Part shown: positions 15,228 through 28,576 of the stretch, one piece after another | How the letters are laid out: every line of letters begins with the position of its first letter | Numbering within the stretch: position 1 is the stretch's first letter | Assembly: GCA_012295275.1 (NCBI GenBank) | Contig: CM022673.1 | Coordinates: 19,096,001 to 19,160,000, forward strand | Reading direction: 5' to 3' | Source: Chrysomallon squamiferum | Taxonomy: Eukaryota; Animalia; Mollusca | Length of the DNA: 64,000 nt | Notes under the pieces: model-generated | Seen by the model: only the letters and a program-made list of their open reading frames with translations | Told to the model about the DNA's origin: nothing | The model's database searches: none | Position numbers and translations under genes: made by a program

Positions 15228-18200
15228 ATGGAAAGCTTTGAAAGTCATCAGGCATCTTCATCTGAGATGAGAGCATTTACTTGGTTAGTTCTGCTGGTTC
15301 AGCTTCTTGGTCTCTCTGGAGTGATCATGGTCGCTGTATGGATGGGGCATTTTCGAGGTGGATTTGCTTGGCAGAGTGATCCCAGTTTAGAATTCAATTA
15401 CCATCCTTTGTTTATGGTTATTGGGATGATTTTCCTTTATGGTGATTGTAAGTAGATTTTATTTTGATATATATTTTTCGTTTTTTAGGATTATGTTTTA
15501 ATTACAGAACATTTTATGTTCTTCCACTGATTCTCATACAAAGATAGTTTTATTTTCAGAGGGTAGCTAAAGTACTTTCTTTTCCAAGTATATTTAATAG
15601 AAAATAATGCTTTCATGAAAGATATGACTTACATACATAGTAGTGGCAGACAGTTACATTCCAGCCATTCACTATGCAAAATGTGCAAAACCCATGGTTT
15701 TTAACATGTTTTAACTTGGAAACCTGTAATTGCACAAATTGCATGGAAATAAAGATGAAAAATTGTGTCTTGTTTGTTATTCAGAGAATTTGTAATCATC
15801 ATTTGAAAAATATGATATTTTAAAGACAGCTTCCTGTGTGCGTGTTTTTGAGCTGGACAGAGAAAACTGTATCCCCAACTTTTGTGGTGACCAGCTCTGG
15901 AAGTGGAAATGTATGGCTGGTTTTAGCACCACTGGGAAGCTAATAAGTTTTAAAATGAGCTTTCTAAGGGCATGTGGCAAGTCAGAAACCTAAAAAAAAC
16001 ACCACAATATTTTCTTTAAATTTGTATATATTGTGATTGCTTTATGCCCAAAGCTTCTGGTATCATTCAAAAGCTCGGTCAATTTCCTTTTGAATAATAT
16101 TTTAAATGGTACATTGGGTTTACAATAAAATAACTGTTATCACTGACCAATTGATGATTTTTGTCTTCAAGATAGAGGAAGGGCACAATACATTTTATCT
16201 GAATTTGAGAGCGTTTCTTGATAAAATTTGGCACCATCATGGTACATTAGTTATTACAATCATTTAATTAACATTTATTATTCAATAATACATTTAATTT
16301 TTATCTAATTATTTTGTTTATATTCTGCTCTGAAAAAGATTTGCACCATTGAAGCATAACAGATCTCAGCAAATCTATGGGAAGTTTGATCCAATTAAAA
16401 AGAAATAAGTTTCAGTTATTTTACTGCTGAAATGATTGTGATATCAAAAAGTATTTTATTTGTTTAGGAATAAAAAATATTAAAAATTTTAAATATTTTT
16501 TTGCAGTTTGGCTTTTGAGCTTCAGGGGATTTCTGGTTTTCCCAGTCAATCTCACAATGGTATACTTGATTTTATGATAGGGGTCTTAGGTTTCTTCTTG
16601 TAGTGTATGTATGACTAAATGGTATTTTTTATGGTACCAGCAAACTCAGAATTGACTGATCTAAATGAATGTAAAGCCAAAAACCATACGGTTGGCAAAG
16701 ATTAGCCAAAATAATTATACAGATCTATCTCTAGTGGAAAACCAGTGCTATCTACCCAAATGTCTGCCAGAGGTTAGTTAGCAGAGGATACTTGGGCTAT
16801 AGAAAATGCAGAAATCTGCTATTAAAAAAACCACCAATAGAATTTTGAAATTAAAAGCATATAGATAATAGATAGCATATTGAAAGCATGAAGGACAGCT
16901 TATTGGTTTCTTTTATGATAATGATTTTAGGGGAAGTTTCACAGGAAATGAGGACATCATGGAGAAAAAGCTTCACAGGGCTGCAGCGTATGTTTGAAAA
17001 AATGAAATGAACTGTCAAAATCAGCTACCAATTTTACATCTTACAGGAACATTTAACTGAAGAAATAAAAAATCTAATTGTTTATTCATTCAGCAATAAA
17101 ACAAACCAAAAATGACAGCTGTAAAAATTCAATGATAATGTAAAGTTTATGTTATTGCTAACTTTTCACTTGAGAATCTGATTTATGTAGAAACTTTTCA
17201 TTTTTATTTTTGCAACTATCTTCTGGATTGACATGCTGCTACAGTCATCAGCAATAATATTTCTTCAGTATATTAGTTAAAAATAATTCTTTTCCTTATC
17301 TCAACTATTTCATTTGTTTTTTAATTTTATTATTCATTCAAGCACTTTCTAATTTTGTTGCTTTGCCATAATATTTTGGCCAAGAAATGTTCTCATGATG
17401 TGTTATATTTACCCAACATTTTAATTAATTATTAGCCCATAATGTTTTTCTTATCTCTTTAAATTAAATATTTTCAGCAATCCTTGCTTACCGTGTTTTC
17501 CGTAATGACAACAAATTGTACATCAAGATTCTGCATGCATCTCTTCATGCTAGTGCTCTGATCTTTGGAGGTGTTGGTCTCAAAGCTGTCTTTGATTCGC
17601 ACAATCTTGCTGCAGATCCAGTGCCAAATTTATATAGTTTACACAGTTGGATGGGTCTTGTCACAGTAATCTTATTCTCTTCCCAAGTAAGACTGTTATT
17701 TAAACTTGAGACTAATTAAATAATTCTGATCAATATCCACATATGTTTATAACATTTACTAAGTTATCTTGATTAAAAAAAAAAAAAAAAAATTTAAAAC
17801 ATAATTTTTTTTTTTTAATAATAATAATAATGGTAATAATAAAAATACATTCCAGGTTTGTGTATTAAAAGTAAGCATTCTTAGTTCCTGTGACTCATTT
17901 TTAGAATATTTTATTGGCCTAAAAATTCTGTAAAATTAAACAGACCACACTTTGTATCCATTATCCCTAGCATTTTTATTTTATTGATTAGATTTAAAAT
18001 GAAAAAAAAATGATTCATCTTGTAATATTATTGCTAGTAAAATTATCAAATTTATCTAAAAAAAATACAAATTTCCACCTTTATTTTAAGTAAATGTTTA
18101 GGGGAAAAAGTGTTTTTAACTCAGAAATGTCTAATGAGTTTAGACTTTTACCCTTTTGTCATTTGGCAGTTGTTATTTACCCCTCCATTCTTTAAATCCT

Positions 18201-19761
18201 CTGCATATATTAAGAATGCTTTTGCCTCTTTTGATATAATCTTTATACCTCAGTGTGATCTATAATAACATTGTGTAGAACTGCCAATAATTTTAAAATG
18301 TGCTATCTAATCTGATTTGCAAAATGGTAAGTTGAGGAGAGTATATTTTAATGAGGTGGCATCTCCATCTTATCTCTTGTGTTGTTTTTATGCAGAAACG
18401 CATCATACCACTTTGACTGAAAGCTCTTTAATTCTGTGTAAATAAAAATATCACCAACCTTCTTGTATTCAATATTGGTATTGAATTCAGGGACTTGGTT
18501 TGCTTATAAAACTTATAATAAAACTCTTTTACGGCCACCATATCAGTAAGCATTGGTGAGGGAAGAAATTATACTGTACGGTATATCCTTATAGTAAGAA
18601 GGGGCTAACCTTTACAGAGGTTACTCATTTTTATAGATTGTGTGTTTTACAACTTTAGTAAAATAAATGAATAAAGTTTATAAACACATTGTTTCTGAAT
18701 TTGTTTATTAACTGTGAGGGAGCATGACCTAGGTAAATTACCTGTGGGGAAAGACCACAAGCTGAATCTTAAAATATATTTTCTTTTTAATGTTTAGCAT
18801 TTTATTTAACTGTTATTGGTGCTATTATATAGTCAGAAAGAAAATTACAATTAATTCTGAGTTGTAACAATGCCTTCTGCCTTTGTTTTTAGTGGATAGC
18901 TGGTTTTGTGTCCTTTCTCTGGCCTAAAGTTGGCATGGGACTCCGACGTCGATTGATGCCATATCACGTTTTCTTTGGTGTTGCTATTCTCTGCTTTGCT
19001 TGTGCTACATGTCTCATGGGAATTACTGAAAAAGCACTGTGGTCTATGTAATAATCTTATTTAATATACAATAAATTTCAAATGTTATCAGTAGATGAAA
19101 AATTTTTTGCTTTGATTTTCAAATTCTGTTAATCTTTGTTCTTTACTTTAAAGTAGGAAACCATTTACAGTGTCTCACTTTCTCAAAATTATACAAATAT
19201 ACTTTTTAAATTTTTTTTTTTTTTTTTACTATTGTCATCTAATTATTTTGTTTGGTAGTTAAAAGAAATGGTAGTGCTTATTATGCAATATAACTAAATA
19301 TATGACTAGATCATTATTATGTGTAAAATATGTTGTTGTTTTTTTAGACCTCTATGATTTAAATATGCATGTATTATATGTTTAAAAATCTTGATACGGC
19401 CAATATGTATTATTATTATTAATTTTACTTTTTACTTAGGTGATTTTTTTAGAATATTGGTATTCGGTGCATTTACTAATAAACAATGAATACAAGTTAC
19501 AGTATTTTGACATTAAATGTTTAATTAACAGGATAAAAAAATATATAAGTCCTTTTTTTTCTTTTTTTATTAAATGGTTTGTGAATTTGTTATTTCAGGT
19601 CTAAAACATACAAGAACAAGCCAGCTGAGGGAATTTTGGTCAATTGCTTGGGTTTGATATTAGTTGCTGCAGTTACACTCATTGTGTATCTTGTTACCCG
19701 ATATGAATACAAAAGACCACCTTCTCCTGAAGAAGAGCACTTACAAATTAGTGATGAATGA
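15228..19761 (+). CDS. Cytochrome b561 family transmembrane ascorbate-dependent ferrireductase (CYB561/CYBRD1-like), about 248 aa
   Basis: Exons 15228-15447, 17478-17686, 18893-19047 and 19599-19761 join in frame to TGA. Motifs [41 protein letters not shown] and GITEK include the four heme-ligand histidines, and there are six hydrophobic segments. The paralogue (A1/A2/A3) cannot be resolved. Confidence 0.93.
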
Positions 19762-20138
19762 TTGCTGAAAAAGTCTTCATTATCTCAGTAGAGAGTCAAA
19801 TATTTATGGATTTGGGGTACCTTTGGCTTTGCCAATTTAAGTACAGCTTTCAGCTATAAAATGAAAACAATTGTAAAGTAAGACTAGTTTGTCTTTTCCT
19901 TTTAGACTGGTCACAAATACAATATTTATGCTCTTTTCATTATAAATTTTAAAATTTTAAAGAGAATGTATCATTATTTCATTGTAAATTCTTCAGGTTT
20001 TCTTACAAGAATAAAATGGCATTTATAAAACTCAATAATAAAATAAATGTAGTTGCAAAGTTATTCAATCCATATTTCAAACTCCAGAACAAATCCAAAT
20101 TTACATTTTGGAGATAAATTCTATTGTACTGCTTTGTC

Positions 20139-20242
20139 TGTGATGTAGTGTTCAGTATTCTGTGTTAAAATTGTGGTTCTTAATATTTCATTTGCTTATT
20201 ATCTATAAAAATGTTAGCATATTTTCATTCTTTTTTATTGAG

Positions 20243-20292
<50 letters not shown>

Positions 20293-20417
20293 TGAAACAT
20301 TTCATTTATATTTTGTGATGTAGTGTTCAGTATTCTGTGTTAAAATTGTGGTTCTTAATATTTCATTTGCTTATTATCTATAAAAATGTTAGCATATTTT
20401 CATTCTTTTTTATTGAG

Positions 20418-20471
<54 letters not shown>

Positions 20472-20494
20472 TGAAACATTTCATTTATATTTTC
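20139..20494. repeat. Direct tandem duplication of about 175-180 bp, each copy containing a (TA)n tract
   Basis: tgtgatgtagtgttcagtattctgtgttaaaattgtgg...gagataaa(ta)n tttattgaaacatttcatttatatttt occurs at about 20139 and about 20314, identical except for (TA)n length. Confidence 0.9.
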
Positions 20495-21735
20495 ATTTTT
20501 GTTTATTTTTACCAAGAAAATAAGATTTCTTTAGGTTAATTATTTTTCAAACATGACAGACATTCCATTAGTGATTATTATTTTAAAATATATACTGTAA
20601 ATTCCTACAGTTTATATTGTAATAATTTGTTTTGAATATATTTACATCTATTTTAAAACATTACAAATTCTTTTCCAAATATTTATTGCTGTGTGTGATA
20701 TACAGTTGGATTGTTGTGTTTGCTTTTTGTATGTGTATGTCTTTAGTAACTTCTTTTTATATTGTTATAGCATTTTCATACTCTTTTATTGACAGATGTT
20801 TTTGTTTTTTTTTTTTTTTTTACTTTAGATAAACTTTTTTAGGTTCATGACATAGCATAAAGTAGGAAAATGTTTATCACAAATCTCATAACTGATGCTG
20901 AAAACCACTATTCCATTTTGGATTTTGTTTGTGTTAATCATAACATTCAAAATTCTTTTGTCAAATAAATTTCTGTCATTCTTTTTCAAATTACAAATGT
21001 GTGTGTGTGTATTTGTTTTTTTTTTTTTTTTATTTTTTTGAAGTAAATTTGTTAAATATATAATTAATTTCAGTTCAAAATCCACATCAGTGTTATAAAT
21101 GTTTGACTGTAAAGATGTAAGAAAAACCAAGAACAATCGAGCAGGCTTTGTTCTTTCAGTCCACTTCTTTGTTGTTTCTCTGTGAGCAAGAAGGAAACAT
21201 ATTAAATAAACCTAAACACCAATATTGTAAGTAATATGTTTGTGAATTTGTTTATTACATCGTATTTATAATGTTTTATGTATCAAGATTATGTTTATTT
21301 GTTCTGTTTTTTTGACATAATTATTTTATAACTCTCCACATAGCCAAGTAAATAGGTGTTATTACTGTGACAATGTTAAATCAAAGTACGCAGTATATTT
21401 TTTTCTTACTTTTCCTTTTAAAAATATTCTCTTTATGTTCTAAAAGTTACATATAAAAAGACTTTAATTCAAAAGTTTATTATTTGTAATGTACAGATAA
21501 ATAACCTTCAGGTGATAAGCCATTACATTTTAAAAGTATATTTTATTAAAGTACTATTGATGGATTCTGACAAAATAATCTAACAGACTTCTTTAATTTT
21601 TCAAGATATTGTTTTGGGTGACCTGTCATTGCTCATGTCAGAGTTAATATAAAAGCAAAATAAAACACCATTTTTACCCCTTGACAAATAGATGTCAGTA
21701 CAACAAATAGTACAATTTAAAAATATCTAACTCAC

Positions 21736-24700
21736 TGATTCTCATCGGGTCAGAAAACCTGTTTCTTTTCATCAGCTACTCTGAGAACAAACCTTCATCA
21801 CTGTCAGCCTTTTAAAAACTTCCTTTTTATAGTTGTCTTCAAAAATTTATTATCTTAATAATAAATAGAATGCATAGATATTTCTAGCTTGTATCCTGCA
21901 TATAAATATTTAATATATGTGTAATTAATTTATCATTTATTAACCTTCATAGCTATTATTGTTTTAATGCCAACACTGAAATTCTGAAACGATATATTTG
22001 TCTGTGATACATGTTTTATAACAGTATTGTATTATGGCTATAAAACAAAACATAACTTGGAAGTGTGTAGATTATATTTAGACTAAAGATATGCTTTTAA
22101 GGTTTATTTATGGTTATATTTTGCATTAATGTGATATTTTGTTCTAATAAGCACAAACAATCATCACACGAAAGCTAGATTAGCATCTTGTTTTCCACTT
22201 TTGTTCAAACTTTGTTCAAACTTTGTTAACCAAAACCTGTATATATTTATTTATGAGTCTGGTCATATAATAATGTTTATTGAAAATGACATTAGTGCAA
22301 TATTCCTTAAATATGTTTATTTGTATTTGTTTATGTGTATTTCTGTGTATTCATGTCATGGAGTATTCTCCATATACCTATATATCTTGGTGCTGCCATA
22401 TTTGAACAAAATATATCACTTACACAGGAACATTGGAATTCCACAACCATTCTTTGTCCATGTTCATTATTAATCTACAGTTTGACAATATCAGAATTTA
22501 AGGAAATAGTTAAATTTTCAGTTTAAAGAAATAATGTAATGAAAATTAATTTTGAACTCACTATTTGTTTGGCATTGTTTTTTAAGAAACAGTAGTTCAC
22601 TGGAATAATATCATTTCATAGTATCTGCTTAAAGTAGTTTTGGGAAGTATAGTGCCTCACCTGTTCATACAGATTATATTCCAGTGCAGCTTAAAGATTT
22701 GCCAAATACTGACTAGAGATAAGTGTTGTCCAATTATCTTTTACTTGCTGCAAAATATTCTTTAGATGCAATACATTAGAGAAAAGTATGCATTTTAAAA
22801 TCTAAATGAGTCATGTAGTGAGCAGGTCTCTTCTTTGTTTATTAACTTGACTAAACATTCATATAATTTAACAAAAAAATACAGGTTCTTTTCAGACATT
22901 TGGCAATTTTGGAAATAGAGGTACATTGAGAATACACCTGTATTCCTGAATAACAAATTTTTTATCATTCTTTTAAAACATTTCATTTTATAGTCTTTTT
23001 CCAAAATTGTTATGGTATGTATGAAAGATTTTAAAGTATCTGCCCTCTGCATGTAAATATTTAAAATATTTGTCACTAATTTATTGTTTTAATAAATGTT
23101 TACACATGAAATTCTGAAACAGTATATATTTTTTTGTCTGTCATGCAATGGAAATGATTATTAGTGAGGATAAAAAGAATCTTACACTGATTTTCAGTTG
23201 ATAATGATTACGGAATTCATCTTCCTTTCTATTAGTGTAAGCTTCAAAAATCAAATAACAGCCATTACAGTCCTTTTATCAGTTTCAGTCTACTGACATT
23301 TAATCTCTGCTAGACATTCTGGAGATATAATATCAAATTCTGTTTCTACTGTCTCATTTCATACCAGTCATTCATTGTTGTTAAAGTAATATTATCTAAA
23401 TACTAAATATTTTTGTATAAAGTTGTTAAAAACAAACACACATATATATTTTTTGTATAAGGGTGCTAACAGAAAAGAAACCTGCAGTCACCACACCTTG
23501 GTATGTTTGTTCACTTAACTCGAAGGAATCTTTTATATATGCCATTCATTACAGAGTAAAGTCAAAACAGCAACTATGGTCTTTGCATTAAAGAGATATG
23601 GTCAAGTGTATTTACTATTTATCTTCACATTCGTTTATTATAAATAAATTGTTTACACCAGTCTTTCCATTTGTATCATAATGTCTTTATGTTTAGATTT
23701 CATGAAAGCTATACAAATTTCTTTTAATCTTTTCATGCCAAAAATTAATCTTATATCTTTAAGTTAAAATATTTGGATTGCATCACTCTAAAACAATTGT
23801 ATTATATGGTTTGTATATACAGATATTTCTCTTTTATTATTATTATTTTGCAACTCATTGCTGAAAAATAAAGTTCAAATATTCCTGTTATGTTAAGATA
23901 TTAATGAAATGCAAAATATTTAAATACATAATGTTAATAATTAGGACATTTTAACTGTTACTGTGATAGTTATGTCATGAACAGTTTGTATGTGTGTGGA
24001 GAATACAAGAAAACAGTGAAAATAAAGGTAATTGATTATGATTACAGTTAGATTGACAATAAATAATTATTACATTCATGAGTACTTTAATAGATATATA
24101 CTAATTATAAACTGAAAACCTATAATTTTTTATTTATACATAAAAATAATTAAGCATTGTTCTCCACAAATAACAACCGATCTAGTGTTTGTAAATTTTT
24201 AAAATTGTTTTGACCTTAATTTCCCTTCATAAATATTTAAAAAAAAATTGTTTAACTATAATCATGTAATATTTATTAAATAATCATTTCCTAACACATT
24301 TACAATATTTTTAAAATGGTAACCAAAGTTTATTAATGATATCAATTTTACTATATATATTGGAAGCATCCAAACTTTTTTCATTACCTAACTCCTTTAT
24401 TGAATATCTGATCCTAACTGACCATTCATACGGTTGAATTAAAAAATAATTGTAATTTTTAATTTATAATTTTGTTTTTTAGTCTTGGTTTTCTTTTGTT
24501 CACTTTTTTTTTTTTTTTTTTTTTTTCTGTTTTCTTCTGTTTACTTAATTTATGTTTTTTTGCTGGTAGTGTATAACAAGGCTAATAACTTGATTTTTAA
24601 CTTTATGTAAACTGAGGCCTGATCTGTATTATCTCCCTTTTAAAAACATACCATAATAAGGAGATTCTGAATGAAAGGTTGTGCTGAAATAACTACCTTC

Positions 24701-25191
24701 ACCAGTCTTTGTTAATTTTCAGATTGTTGTAATTACATTTGTTAATATGTTGTGAACTGTTCATGTCATAGTTGTGATATGTTATTATAGTTTAATTAAA
24801 AGATATATAAATATATGTGATGTGTATCAGAGTTGTGGAAATAAAATATTGTCCATTTTGCTTTTTAATTTTATTACCTATAATATATTTGTTCATATAA
24901 TTATAAGGAAGGAGAACCTTACAGTTGATCAGTGATATATTTCTAACACATCACTGTATATTAATTATTATTGAGCTGGCTTTGATTTTTATGCAAACAG
25001 ATCATACATTGAATTTCTTCATCCTAAATTCTGCTTTTTACATTGGATTCCATGATCTGTTAATTTTTTATTAAATGATAATCACTGTTAACTATATTTT
25101 TCTATGGTGGTTGTTTTTAGGCATATTACTTTATATTTTAAAACCAGAAAATAAACATCACTATTTTAATGTGGTCAGTGAACACCATTTT

Positions 25192-25222
<31 letters not shown>

Positions 25223-26180
25223 AATGCACAATCAATAGTTTTCAAAAACTTGAATTTTTAAAGATTAACAGGTAACTAAATTGAATACATGTATATGTTT
25301 TTAAATTTCTCTCCACATCTGCCCCTCTGCAGTACTAATAAACTAAATTATGCTATCAATATTCTTTTTCACAAGAAATGTTTGATCAGTAATAAATTTG
25401 GACTCAGAAAATGATTGCATTATCTAGAAAAAATGTTCTGGTGGAGTGCAATTTTTTTTGGCAATTTCCACATGAATACAAAATACTTTTAGACATGCAA
25501 TAAAAACTAACAAAATAAATTGGAGAAATTTCAGAGCACCTAAATAATAACATTGGAATTTTTTAGAATTATAATAATATTCAATTCCCTTGTTCATTAA
25601 ATATTTAAAATAAAGTTATAGTGTATTTTTTATGGTGTCCTGTTTGAAATAAGATTATTCTTACAATATTTTGGTGTTAATAAATTTGCTTCAGATTGTT
25701 TTCATGAGTAATAAAATAAAACTAGTTATTTCTTCTGATGTATTGGTTGACTTTTCTGAATGATATATGTAAGTATTCCTTTAGAGATGAACATATGGAC
25801 TTTATGAAGTAAAGAAAAGTGTTGGGGGGGTTTACCAACTTTTTTCAAGAAGTATTTCCAGAAGTGGACAAATAGGGTGGAAAATGGCAAATGTAAGCAT
25901 TAATCATAAAAATTACTGAAACATTAAACTTTAGTACATTTAACAGCTACATCATACAATAATGTAAGAACAGTACAGAGATAAAAAAATTAATGTAAGG
26001 AAACGTAACAGAATATGTAAAGAAAAAAATGTAGGCTAGGCTTGTTAGGATGGTTATGTGATCAATAAAAAAATTTGCTCTTACCTTGATGGAAAGTCAG
26101 TTGAGAGAGGACTGCTGTGATTGTGTAGTGTGACTCAGAATAACTTAATATACTAGAAGCAAGGTTTCAAGTGGAAATGT
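21736..26180 (-). pseudogene. Putative decayed spliced gene or lncRNA (exon-like blocks with in-frame stops)
   Basis: Minus-strand blocks with good splice signals: 26180-26085 (cttaacag|...aag|gtaaga, 96 nt, TFPLETLLLVY*VILSHTTQSQQSSLN*LSIK) and 22747-22661 (ttttgcag|...cag|gtgagg, 87 nt, QVKDNWTTLISSQYLANL*AALEYNLYEQ). A further block ends at 21736 (|gtgagt), and 23380-23210 reads NETVETEFDIISPECLAEIKCQ*TETDKR. No homologue recognised. Confidence 0.3.
23465..23590. mobile_element. Degenerate SINE-like fragment
   Basis: agaaaagaaacctgcagtcaccac...aaggaatcttttatatatgccattc resembles a gastropod SINE core as I remember it; not verified by search. Confidence 0.3.
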
Positions 26181-26777
26181 CTGTTAAGTTCAGATTTTTT
26201 GATTTTTCCAGTTTTCCAGATTACCCCAAATGCAGGAAACCAAGAGGCAAACACTACCTTGTTTATAATAAAAAAAATTATATTGTTTTTGCTCTTTCAC
26301 CTAAAAATAAATTTAATTTTTTTTATTATTATTATTGTTATTATTATTAAATTTTTTTTTTTTTTTTTTTTTTGGAGGGGACATTAAAATCATTCTGAAT
26401 GACATCACAGTTAATCAGCCCTAAACCTAAACAAATTAATAAGAATCTGTTATTTACAGATAACCTCAAACTCAAAGATAAATATAAATATTTTGTAATT
26501 ATGGTTTATTGTTATTTATGCAAGATCAAAGTCCCTGTATAATTAATCAATACTACAAGATTCATCTATTTAATATACCCACTACTGTAGCAACTTAAAC
26601 TCAGTTAATCTTGAATGAAGTAAAAAAAATGTATTTTTATAACTGCAGTCCCAAATAATATATATTTTTTTTAAATGTTTAAGAATGTTTTGTTAATGTC
26701 TTCATTTTATGATAAAGCTAATGGCATATATAAACAGCCAAAACAAACAATAAAATATATTAATATTAATAAATAAG

Positions 26778-27335
26778 GAGCTCATTCCGTTCAAATCACG
26801 CAATGGGTTAAACCCGACCATCTCAGAAACTTGGAATTTTAGGCCAATCAGATCAGTGGTGTGGGAGATATGAACTCACAAATTTTGAGATTTTCGGCCA
26901 AAATGGGCGTGACTACCAACCTTTGAACCTTCATATCTCAGGACTACTACAAATATATAAATCTATTATAATCAATTGTCACAGTTTCTTAATTGCACAG
27001 TCAGCGGTCCACAAAAGGCGCAAACCCTAGACAAGAAACGAGCCAAAATCATTAGCATTTGAAAGCTAACACCTATTATGTGCTGGGCCCTGTGACATAC
27101 CCCATCATTCTTCAAACTGAACAATAATGGCAGATTTGGAATCCTTGTCACATTGCCTTTTCAACAATACCAATTTTATGAAGATTGGCCCAGTAGTTCC
27201 TGAGATATGAGGGTTAAAATCTTAAAATTCGGGGTGGCCATATCTCCCACACCAAGTTTCCTAAAAATCTGAGACGGTCAGGTTTAACTTTTTTTTTTTT
27301 TTTTTTTTGTGGTGGGAGATGATTTCACACAAAGT
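26778..27335. mobile_element. Non-autonomous DNA transposon (MITE-like) with long imperfect inverted arms
   Basis: Inverted pairs: gttaaacccgaccatctcaga (about 26807) / tctgagacggtcaggtttaac (about 27268-27288); ggtgtgggagatatg / catatctcccacacc; cttcatatctcaggactact / agtagttcctgagatatgagg. A related copy lies at 63415-63760. Confidence 0.75.
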
Positions 27336-27533
27336 TATTTTTATACGTTTATATATATATATTATATATATATATAAACGTTACCAAACCGTATTGCTGC
27401 TGCCAAAGAGCTCCAATATCTGTTCAAGCTTCCCATAAATGTAGACGTACTACTGAACCTACGTAATCAGTTAAAAACATATTACCTATGTCCTATGAGA
27501 CTGACCGATTTTAAACGTTATTTCAAGATGCCA

Positions 27534-27570
<37 letters not shown>

Positions 27571-27869
27571 CCCACCACCACCACATCATCTCTCTGTGAA
27601 AATAAAAAATGATAATTTTAAATAATTACTTTTGAGATAATGGCTAGCAAGTAATCTGCTTTAAGTGAAGATGGAGCCGTTGGCATCGAATTCAATAACC
27701 TTTAAGGATGTTATCTTGTTATCGCCCATATGCTATTAATTTTTTTTAAATAATTTTTGGCATAAATGAAATTTTGTCCCAGTTATTTCCCTTTAATTCT
27801 TTTTAACGTTGATTAGAAGACGTAACGGATATCGGTCTCTAATACAAAATTGAAGTTTTCGCATATTTC

Positions 27870-28544
27870 ATGGCTTCGTTAACAACACCAATCAAGTAAT
27901 GGAGAAACATGGTTTTGTTGTTTTTATTATTTGCACAAATTTTGTGTACATCTGTTCTAGGAGAAAAAACAAAATTTGGTACATTAATATATTAAGTTTT
28001 GCTGAAACCAGTTATAAAGGGAAACAGGCAGTGATTCTAAACTACATTTAATATTTGTAACGAATTTAGATAGATCAGCAACGGAATAGTTATTACTTTA
28101 ATCAGGACTCACTGTTATTTCGGAATATATATTATGGCCGTAACTAGATTCTTTTTGAAATGAGGCAAAAACTGATGTCTGAAGTCAGTTATGGTTTTCA
28201 TCGCAACCATGTTGGTAGACTTCGAACAGTAACCGTAGACATACTCGAATTCATTCAGTGGATATTGTTTCTTTCGGAATATATATATATATATAATATA
28301 AATAAAAAAGTTTTGTATTAAAAAAAATTAAGAAAAGAAAAGAAAAAACGTCGCCAGTTTCGGTATGAATCCTCAAAGTAGTTACGGCCGGCCATGTTTG
28401 AAAATGAAAAAAAAAAAAAAAAAAAAAAAAGAAGAGAAAAGCAATGTAGTTATAAACCTGAAAAAATGTGCAAAGCTTATATATACCAATCTGTCTATCT
28501 ATCCACAACAAATTTAAATTTATTTCATTATTATTATTATTAAT

Positions 28545-28576
<32 letters not shown>

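Noticed and set aside
19725-19761. Lysosomal dileucine signal at the b561 C-terminus (EEEHLQI), which would suggest CYB561A3
   Set aside because: It does not match [DE]xxxL[LI], so no paralogue assignment was made.
22661-26180. Stop-codon reassignment or readthrough to explain the exon-like blocks with in-frame stops
   Set aside because: Neighbouring intact genes terminate with TAA, TAG and TGA normally, so decay or chance is more parsimonious.
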